Below are positions 53,701 through 64,000 of a DNA stretch of 64,000 nt, in pieces (the first letter of the stretch is position 1; each line of letters begins with the position of its first letter). Made by a program: the position numbers and the translations under genes. A model generated the notes under the pieces. That model was not told the origin of the DNA. It saw only the letters and a list, made by a program, of their open reading frames with translations, and made no database searches. The stretch lies in NCBI RefSeq assembly GCF_963853765.1, contig NC_088857.1, forward strand, positions 19,344,001 to 19,408,000, given 5' to 3'. Source of the DNA: Magallana gigas. Taxonomy: Eukaryota.

Positions 53701-55284
53701 CTAATGAATATAAACGGAGTATGGGATCCAGAAAGGTTTATGTATCCAGGGCAAACGTCTCATCATTGTTCTGTATTTCCATAATGGATTTTGGTACAAA
53801 GTTGTCCAGCTGCGATTTTTAAAGGGAAAATATCTGTAACTGACAACTCTATTGAATCTAGAATGTGATTTCTTCACATTTTTCTTACTTGATTGTCCAT
53901 AGACTTTGTGATTTCTTTTGAAGTTATTTTCTTCTTTGTTTTCGTTTGTTCTGTCTTTTTTCTCGTCTTTTTCACAATCAATGTTATGAAAGTTCTTATT
54001 GGAATTGAAACCTGATAGGGATTTTCTTTCCTTGAACGTTTGTTTTTGATGATCCAAAATGTTACCTTCTTTGATGTTTTGGGATTTTATTATATGTTTC
54101 CATGGAAAAAACAAATCTGGAGACGTTAAGTCTGTTTTTTCGGATTCATCTAGCTGAGTGGGGTATTTTTCTGTTTTATCCAAATATTTCTCCTCGAATT
54201 TGTTTGTGGTATCGTAGATTTTAGGCAAAATATAATCGTTAACCGCTACATGTGAATTTTGTGTTACTTTATTAATCTCCTTCGCTGGTTGATAAGAACA
54301 ACATAGTTCGCTTACTGACCACAGCAGTTTTTGAGAATTGTCCAAAGGAGCGAATGTGTCAAATCTATCAAAATACTTTGGTTGAGATTTGTTTCTGTAA
54401 AACATTCTTCCAAGAGTACTCCTGGATACCTCATTTGTAATACCGTGTGATTTTTCGGATATTGATGTTTGCCTGTTCTCGTCATAGCTTTTTTTAATTT
54501 CCAGAGGGTTTTCGTTTCGAAAATTCTGAACTTCCATATTTTTTTCATTCTTTATTTGCAAAGGAAAAATAGAGCTCAACTTAGGAAGACTCAGTTTTTT
54601 GTTCAGCCGAATGTCTGAGTGTCCGTCTGCTCGATGACTGTGGTCATCATCAGAATCATTGGTAAAAGTAATAGGTTGATCTTGCAATCCCATAGATAGG
54701 CCAGGAAGAACAGCATCCTGCTGCATTTTACGTTTGTGCAGAAAATCATCGACGCTGTTTACATTCAGTTGAAAACTTTGATAAACATTTGAAACTCCAA
54801 GAATCGGCGTATGATTTAACAGAACATTTAGAGCTCCTACCTGAAAGTTCATAGAATATTTTGGAAAAACTCTCATTGCAGTTACTCTATCAATTAAAAA
54901 TTACTGGTACTCAGAATTTTTTTAATAGATTTACAAAGTAGAAATTCACCGCTTCCATTGAAATGCATATCAAAATAAGTGGTAGAAAAACAGAAATAAA
55001 GATACAGGTAGTATAGAACTCATTATTTAAAGTAAATTTGTATTATAATTATTTTTTCTCTCTTATGAATATGTGATTGCTACGGAGCGTTTAATTGCCT
55101 GGTTTTGTTTGCAACAAAAGCACTAGAGATCCAATGACTCTATACTTTCGAGCATGTTGAGTAAATTATCAAATAAAAAATATAGATATTAATAAGCTAT
55201 TCATGGAAATTATAATGTATTCATATGTTTGCATTGTGCATGTAAAAATATGAATTTACTCACCAATAACATCAGATTTAACAT
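53701..55284 (-). CDS. Secreted low-complexity protein 5 (386 aa). Exons 55264-55284, 53701-54840
   Basis: MLNLMLL|VGALNVLLNHTPILG. The in-phase acceptor is tattctatgaactttcag at 54841-54858, so the ORF-track ATG at 54876 is intronic. K/E/N/S-rich body with a Trp-rich basic C-terminus. Confidence 0.78.
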
Positions 55285-56577
55285 GTTTGTTGTCACCCAA
55301 ACGGTCATTCCAATTTCATTTATTGCCCGTTTCTTTGAAAATGATACGAGTAGGATCTGGCTTTTCTAGTTTATTTAAAGTTTCATTGACCTCCTTAGGG
55401 TCAACAGTGTTCAGAATTTTAAGAAGTGTATATTTTATATTTTGTTTTTCTTAGTAAGAAAACAAGTCAACAACTTTTCATGCAAACTCCTAAATCATAC
55501 TTTATGAAACCATTATCCGGTTAATGCCTGTAATATTTAAGGTCAGTTAAAAATTCTTTAATAAAATATTAATGATACATTTGTAATTCAATGTTGGTAT
55601 ATTATTAATCTAAATATCCATTTTCTTGAAGACAGTGAAAACGATCTTCAACTTTGATAACATTATCAGAATATTTGGATTGCATAACATATAAAGTACG
55701 ATATATTATGTCAACTTTGTACACTTTCTTCAGTGATATATTCGATTTAATAGATTTATTGTTCATGTACACTTAAATACGTCCGCGAACAACAAATATT
55801 CAAGTAATTTTTCTTAATTTTGTAATAAAGTATAGCAAATACATTGACTGTGAAGCTCATTGATGCTATTTGACAAGATCTAGTGTGCACATTACACAAC
55901 TTTCTGATTTGTAAAATTGATTAAATTGATGCCTGGTAATTACATTTTTAGTCGTTTATGTTGTATTAAATAATGTTCGTGAAAATGGTAATCAACACAG
56001 TGTTGTGTTAATACACAGGTATTGTTTGGAGGCCGGTTCGTTAGCAAACCCTTCTTTTTACCGCAACACTAAATAAATAAACTTAGATAGCTAATTTTCC
56101 CCTAAAATAATAAGTGGTATGAACGTTTCTATCATGGATACCTGGTAAATCTAGAAGCAAGATGATTAAAATCATTTCCAAGCCGATTTATTTACATAAC
56201 GGGTGCTTATGTCCGGTAGATTGGCTGAAATGGAACCATATTACTGCAACTGAATTTGACACCAGCCCGCTCCAAGTTACTTTGATAATAAGCTAAAAAA
56301 TCAATTCAAAAAATGTGTCTCGTTCCTGCAGACGGGGAAGCAGGTATTGGTTATCGCCCAGACACGTAAACACTGAGTTAAACGTCTCTAACAAAGTATA
56401 AGTACTTATTGTTTTAATAATTTCCTCGTTAATATATAAAGTTATACGGTGAACAATTCGCTGTCCTACTTTCTTTTCGTAGAATAACAATTCACAGTTA
56501 ATTATTTAGTCTTGATCTTTTTAACCATATCCACTTTTACAACTATATGTGTCACATAAATTTGATAAGAAGTCGCC

Positions 56578-58628
56578 ATGTCCTATACCGCAATAATTCT
56601 CTTAACTGTTCTCTGTGCTGCAAAAGCTGATTTTAGAAAGTAAGTGTATTTTATTAATCAAGCAGCGTGATCGAAAAAAGTTGAGTGTCAGCACAACGCA
56701 CTCATGTTAAAACACTTCAAACAATGTTATCGTCATTAAAAAATTAGAGCAATAATTCTTTTTTACTAAATTTGCCCTGATGAATCACTTTGAACATGTT
56801 GGATTCAAAACATGTATTTACTTCCACTCAAAACCGTTATCGAAAGATCTTTATACATCTTTTGCCTTTTGTTTTATAACTCAAAAGATTACTCATGATA
56901 AATACAGATTAGCTAGTAATCGTACTTTTACACATCCATTCAAAATTAATTTCGAAGTCAATATTTATTTTGTTCGCCAGAAACACGCCCATTTATACTT
57001 ATGATGGTCTTATTACTCACCTCACAAATGGAGCCCGTGTCATGTTTTTCTTTAACGCGACAACCTGTCAACCTATTTCCCAGACAAGAGTTTCCGACCT
57101 TCCAGTGTTTGGAGGGGAAATTAATTTTTACTTAGCTTCAAAAAGTTCTGATGATACTACTGGACAACTGATTTTTAATCATGATGGTTACGCGTTTGAT
57201 AATACCAACGAAGATAACCATCAAATACAGTAATTCATTTTCATCTTAACTAACAAACAAACGAGTGGTAAAAAAAACTTTATCATAACAGAAACACTTA
57301 TATACAGTTGTTCAATTTACTTCCTTTTATAATACCTTATATTGGTTTGTTTGATTGTGCATTATGCTAAATGCAGCGCTAACCGAAGAGATACAGTCCG
57401 TCTACATTATGAATACCACCGCGTTTATTCTCTATGGAAGCCTAGGATTCTTTGCCAACAACACAGACAACGTAAAAGGTGTAATTTGCGATTGGTCCTC
57501 TGGAAAAGGAAAGTGAGAAAATAATCTTTTTTTTAGCATTTATTTAGTCTTATTTAGTGACACTATTTTTAATGAAATGATTAAACGCTTCCGAATAATT
57601 AGTAGAATTAATACTATTAAATTCATAAAAAGCAATATTGATAAGAAAATGAAAATTGACAGGAAACAAACATAATTAAATAAACAATTAATAGTTTGTC
57701 TATAGCAAGCCTTACTTTAAACTATCAAAATATAATAATTTTTATCACGAAAAATATATACGAGTGGCATGTTTATAGGAAGTATATATAAGTCTTTGTT
57801 GGTTTATTTGGAATTCATGTTCTTGCAAATTGACATAAAACTTACGTTATGCTGAACATAAATATGAAATAAGCGGTGATAACAAACAGTATTAAAAATC
57901 AATAGTCTATTTATAAATGCAGCAAATTCTGGGTAGAGAGCAACTAACTCCACGTCATCTCAACTCTTCCGAACAAATTCGCACGATGCTGGTTATTGGC
58001 AATCCACTTCGATTTGCCATAGTACTTGATGGATGTCAATGTGTCAAGGGCAATTGTGGGCATAGCTATATCGGAGGAAATATAGCGGGTATATTATTTT
58101 ATTTATGCATTTAGAGTTAATTAACTTCTGATCAAAACGCTCCATCCACGATTTATTATTTTTGTTTATAATGGCAGATCCATTAGATGCTAACATTTGA
58201 TTAGAAAGATTTAGATTAAACTCTTAGAACAACTTTTTTGACTGACAGTGTATAAAGATTTCTCAACTCTAAATTTAAGAAATCTTTAATTTTGTCCAAA
58301 AAACCTTCCATGTTTACGATAATTAAATAATATTCATATTTTAGGCGAGAAAATATCAACCGATGGCACAATATCTTTTTCAAATGCCATGACATTGTTT
58401 CTCCCTAATCCAGCATCACCGATGTCTTTTCGCGAGCTTCTGGTTGGAAGCATTCATAGCAACAATACCATAACATTAATGTTGTCCTATGAAAAAATGC
58501 CAACTCCAGATATCTTGACGCGGTCAGGAGACATGCAGATTTTTTTAGTATTGAATAACATAGATAATATTTTGACATGTCATATTAACTATCATGAATA
58601 TAATAAATTATATTTTCAAGATCTTTAG
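56578..58628 (+). pseudogene. Secreted two-domain VirK-like protein, copy 1, probably splice-defective. Exons 56578-56639, 56981-57213, 57377-57512, ~57923/57937-58088, 58345-(58522 or 58628)
   Basis: Signal peptide MSYTAIILLTVLCAAKA; exon phases agree with copy 2. The exon-2 donor is AT where copy 2 has GT. Exon 4 frameshifts if the stronger acceptor at 57922 is used. Confidence 0.7.
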
Positions 58629-61600
58629 TCCATTGAATATTGAACTTTACCATTTCAAATCCGTTTTAGTCGTGTGAAATGGTACAACGTTTTCTTTCAT
58701 TGTGAAAAAGAGGAAGACAAAAAAGAAATCAAAGCCTTACATGGCATCTGTAACATTTTAACATAAGAGGTGAAGTTTGTACAATAACTGAATAGGATTA
58801 CATTTTCATTCTTTTGGCTTACAGGAGTTACTGTTCTTCATAAACGTTTGTTGTGATAGGGAAGCAAGCTAAACCATCCAAAATAAATAAATTATCTATA
58901 TAATACTTTGATCAACATTGTTTTAACCTATTTAAAACATGAGAAAGTAACTGGTGAACAAACAGAAAATTATCATCACATATGTCATGCATTTATTGCA
59001 ATAAAATTTTATAGTAAAAGCGTATTCATGAAGTGTTCAATTAAGCAGATATTGGGAATGCAAAACTTATTACGTCAAATTTTTAAAGCATTCAAATTAA
59101 TATACGTAAAATTGTGAATAAATAAAATAAATATTCAAGAAATCTGTCAGTAAATCATAGCTAATCAGCTCAGTTTTCTGACAGTTTTAAAATGTTTAGA
59201 TTGATAATAACATAACATTTAATTATCAAATTGCAATGAACACCTATTGACTGTAAAGTGACATAATCCTGTCTTTTAATCTAAGAAAACTGAAAGACTT
59301 TGTAGGCATTCTTTGAAAATCGCTCTTTTTAAACAGAAGTTTAATGTGTTTTCTCGAGAGATTTTACAAAGAAGGCTTGTTTTATATGTTACACGTGCAT
59401 TGATACCATATCAACTTTTTGTGATGTACATCACCTCAAAATACATAGAAGCCAGCCACATTATATACGGCATTTTCTGCCTTTTATTGTTGCTTAAAGT
59501 AAGTCTATCATCAATATCAAAATCAAATTACAACTGTTGAATGAAAGATGCTATAAAAACAGCATGTAATATTAAGGACATCGGTAGTCCTTTCTTATAT
59601 TGTCCTAATAATGTACATGTACTTATATTCTTAATTAAGGATTGTTTGCATATATTTATGGAATTTTATTTTTTTAAGATTTCTTTTTCAAATGAGCTAT
59701 TTAAAAATTTAATTAAGCTTGTACTTTAAACCACATATTTAATTTAATCTTAAAAATGTGTATGCCTGACATGCAAACAAAACGTTTCCTAGTCCTTTTA
59801 AGCTTTTTTTTCCAAGTAAAATCAGATCTTTCGATTCTTGTACAATTTACTGTAGAAAAAAATGAGATAAAATTTTAATGTTGAAAAATAAAAACATTTG
59901 AAGACGTCAAAGTAATTTTAGTATCAATATCATCAACAACAAAAAATCATTATCATTCACCTAAAAATGATCGTTGATATTTTATATTGAATGGTATTCT
60001 TTAGCTTATCTACGAGGGTTATCAGAAAAAAATCGTGGACAAAGTGATTTACGACAAAATTACTTTGTACTTTGTGGGATGGCGTATGTTTTATTAAATT
60101 ACTGTCAATTGAAAGTAAGTGTGCAAAATTCATATGAACTAGAATTTAAAAAAAATGATACAGCGATTATTACTTTAATGAATTAGATTTACGGAGCACC
60201 ATTTCATATTTCCGCGATGTTAGATGACGTCAAACAGCTGAACGTCAAACCTGTTCATCTTTTTCACCTTTCACCTCCACACACTTTTCAAGAAGTCATT
60301 TAACCCATTCGTAAAATGCACGTTCATTCCATTATTTTTGTCATTTTTGATATACTGTCTTTTGTGACATATCGTAGATCAATTCTCTGTTCACGCAGTT
60401 TCGACTTAAAGGGAAAACAGCAAATTCCATAGGTGCAATATCCAGGCTGTAAGTGTGTGTGTGTGGGGGGGGGGGGGGCTGCAAGAACTCAAAATATCAG
60501 TTCTTCCATCTTTAAACGTCTGTGATTCTAATTGTAAACATTTGTTCTGCGTGCACACGAAATTAAATGAAGGCCCGATGCTCCAAAATGTCCATTGACG
60601 TCAACGTTTTTTACTTATTTTTCGAGCGTTGTTCGTCCAAATTGGGCAATATAACGATAAAAAATTCTTCAATTTAATTGATACATTTACAAAATTATTT
60701 TCATAAGTCATTGTCATGTCATAAAAAATATCGTTTGTTTTTATGCGCTTAAACGATACATTTTCTTAATGAGGACAAATGCGTACAAAATAAAAAAAAT
60801 TAAAAATCTGACATGCTCCGTGAAGCATACTTATCAAAATAATTAAGCTGTATATTTTTATTGTGCATTTAAAAAATACAAATCTTTACTTATTTCTTGG
60901 AAAATACGTCAAGTTTGAATAAGTTTTGATTATACAAGTATCATGCGAGTAGAGTAGTCCGCTCACAATAAAACTAGTCCAAGAACTTTTTTTACAACCC
61001 TATTATGATCTTTTCACACTGTGATGAATATTCTTTATTGTCAGATATATAAATCATAAGAAGGTTGTACAACAAGATCGGCAATAATATAAAAAAATTT
61101 ACAATCACTTATTAATGCATGGAAAAAGTTAAAATTTATTAAAAATTAAAAATAAAAACATAGCAATATTTTTTTTTACTTTAAGTTTTTCTTAAGCCAT
61201 TGATATAGCGCATCTTAAAAACTTGTCAATTTATATTTTTCATCGAAATATGCTTATTTTGAGTTATTAATGAAACTAAATAAATGCAAATAATTAGGAC
61301 ATTAAACATCACCTTGTTATCAAATGAACATAAACGTCTTACAACGTTAAAAGCTCGACAAAGTATTTTTTATTTATTTTCAAATATCATTTCACCATCA
61401 AAGTTATACGTCTATACATGTACATGTATGTATTTTTCAGCAATTTTACATACTTTCAAACTCTTTTACAACATGTTACACTTCATTGTCTTCAAAGCAA
61501 ACAAAACGGAGAAAACAATCGGAAAAAATAGTAGATTTATGTAAATTCAATAAAGATTTTTCACAGATTTAAAGTTCGAATAAACAAGAGACAAATTTTT

Positions 61601-61956
61601 CGTTAAGCCCTTTGTCATTGTACATAGTTGTGTTGCAAATCTTTGGTACGAGAGCCACTGACGTCATCACAACTATTATGAACAAATTTGTACGATGCTA
61701 GTTAATTGTAATCCATTTAGATTTGCCATCATTCTTAATGTATATCCCTGTTCAGTATTATGCAATCGTTGTAAAGGTTATAATGGAGAATATGTACCAG
61801 GTTTTGTATTTCGGTTTTCTGTGCTCATAAGGTACAATTTAAACTTCGATTAACAACACATTATATTATCTACACAAACTAAATTACTAATTATGAATCA
61901 GTATTCAACATGTTCCATTTGGTTATAAACCAAACACATATCAACATTGAACTTAA

Positions 61957-62565
61957 AGCTGCTTGGTCCGATTTTTTTGTAATTACAGTATCAATTTTTT
62001 TTTCATACAAATCATTTATCTTAGAAAGTTAAGGACTTTCTCCTATTTACACCAGCAGAATCAGTCTCCTTTCAAAGTTAGAAATATTCAAAGTAAATAA
62101 AAATAATTTCTCTTTGGGCAAACGAAAAAACAAACCAAAATGCATCACGGGAATGTTTAGAAAAGGAAACCGCTTGGTTTCGTCCCCCGAATGATTGGGG
62201 TTATTCAACCCGCATGCTATGCATCGATTGTAAAGAAAGCAGACTTTAGAAATATTAGCGAACAAAACGTACACATGTTTATTTGTAATTTGTCTGATCA
62301 TTTCGACCTTTATTTAAAGCGATGTCAAATTCGTAATACAACTATACCCGTCTCGTCGTCAGGGGTGAAATTTAATATACGAAATAACAAGGTACCTTTT
62401 AATGTCGTTTGTTTTGTTAGCAAATTTTGTACGTATTTTTCTTCATTGACATTTGGCATAATTGATGGGTAAAACTACTTCAATGTCTATTATTATACAT
62501 ATACTAAGCATAGCCATTGTTTAAAAGCGTGCATAAAATTTGATATAAAATCGGACCAAGCAGCT
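61957..62565. mobile_element. Kolobok-type non-autonomous element with TTAA TSD
   Basis: ttaa-AGCTGCTTGGTCCGATTT ... AAATCGGACCAAGCAGCT-ttaa. Confidence 0.88.
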
Positions 62566-62764
62566 TTAACTTCCTCATATTGTATTCGTTTTAACAACTT
62601 TTTCATTATTATTTAAAAATTTACCGTGGGTATTATGTTGTATTATGTTGTCCTACATTCTTATCGCATCTATAGATTGCAATTCACAGTTCAAAATGTG
62701 GTTCTCGATCTCTCGTTTCTATGTCTACTTTTACAAACAAATGTCAAGTTGATAAGAAACCGCC

Positions 62765-63690
62765 ATGCTCTATACGACGTTAATTCTTTTTCCCTTTCTG
62801 TGTTTTACCAAGGCTGATTTTCAAAAGTGAGTGTATTTAATCATCAAACGCAGTATAATGTTAAAAGAGTTGAGTATCATCTGACCACACTCAATGTTTA
62901 CGCACTTAAAACATATAATTGTGATACATTTTAGAACATTTTCGTAATTTTTTAAATATCATTCCATACAACATTGATCCATTCAAACATTTCGTGTATT
63001 CTCTGGAGTTAAAACTTTTTTCTACTAAAAATCTACATTAATAAAACATAATATCCTTGTCTCTTAGATTTCATTACTCAACGATAACTTACAATCCATA
63101 CAGACTAGGTTATGAAACTTCTAAATTTATGTGAATAAGCTTTGGAGATTTTTTTGCTAGAAACACGCCTATTAATACATATGATGGTCTCATCTCTCAC
63201 CTTACCAATGGAGCCCGCGTCATGTATTTCTTCAACACGACAACCTGTCAATCTATATCCCAGACAAGAGTTTCCGACCTTCCAGTGTTCGGAGGAGAAA
63301 TTAATTTTTTCTTAACCACAAAAACCTCTAATGATACACCTGGCCAACTGATTTTTAATCATGATGGTTATGAATTTGACAGTGCTAAAGAAGGTAATAA
63401 TTCGATTTAATAATCCTTTTTTAACCTGAAAAAGCAGATAAACAACAAAGAAATCATCATCATAACAGAAAAACTTACTATACAGATGTTCATTTCACTT
63501 CCCTTAATGTTTTGTTATATTGATTTGTTTTATTGCACATTGTGGCAAATGTAGCATTAACCGAAGACATACAGTCTGTCTACATCATGAATAGCACCGC
63601 CTTTATTCTCTATGGAAGACCTGGGTTCTTTTTTAACAACACTAACGACATAAAAGGTGTAATTTGCGATTGGTCCTCTGGAAAAGGAAA
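62765..63690 (+). CDS. Secreted VirK-like protein, copy 2 (partial; continues past window end). Exons 62765-62826, 63161-63393, 63555-63690
   Basis: MLYTTLILFPFLCFTKADFQK-NTPINTYDGLISHLTNGARVMYFFNTTTC...GGEINFFL...GQLIFNHDGY...-ALTEDIQSVYIMNSTAFILYG...VICDWSSGKG; all GT-AG, exon lengths identical to copy 1 (62, 233, 136). Confidence 0.85.
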
Positions 63691-64000
63691 GTAAGATAAT
63701 GGTCTTTATAAAGCATTAAAGTTTCTTATCTAGTTACATTCTATATTAAATTAACAATTCAAAGTTTCTGAATTACTGGTACAAATAAACACATTATATT
63801 CGGAAAGAGATTGCAGTAGAGTAAAAAAGGACAAAAGTATAGAGAAGAAAATGTATATTGAAACACACAGTCATATAATTTGACATTTGATATTTGAAAA
63901 TATCCAACATTTTGCCATGCACTAGATAAACCTAACTTTAAACTATCAAATGATGTTAACCTCTATCAAGAAAAATAGTTTATTTGTTTAATGTATATCA

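Noticed and set aside
54841-54876. ORF-track start MRVFPKYSMNFQ for the 391-aa ORF
   Set aside because: It gives no signal peptide. An in-phase acceptor at 54841 joins the 21-nt exon and matches the other four cluster genes.

Overview
AT-rich eukaryotic genomic DNA with GT-AG introns and two N gaps. The host is probably a bivalve mollusc such as an oyster; this is inferred from the repeat families and gene content. All gene models were built by hand from splice sites and reading phase. (1) The 5' part of TTC38 (minus strand) has a first intron holding a 1.35-kb foldback element with ~525-550-bp TIRs, a 7-bp GTATTAC TSD and a frameshifted Pif1-helicase N-terminus between the arms. (2) A complete 11-exon cytoplasmic PABP gene (641 aa, minus) has an A-rich 5' UTR and a pyrimidine-rich start, and hosts three paralogous C/D-box and one H/ACA-box snoRNA candidates. 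(3) Upstream in tandem lies an apparently intact 13-exon PABP-derived gene (~675 aa) with five tandem RRM4 copies, no RRM1/2 and no MLLE domain. (4) Five tandem two-exon genes encode secreted low-complexity proteins, each with a 21-nt first coding exon and a phase-0 intron inside the signal peptide. (5) Two plus-strand paralogs encode secreted proteins resembling bacterial VirK; one is apparently disabled. The window also contains Helitron, Kolobok-like, MITE and LINE remnants.
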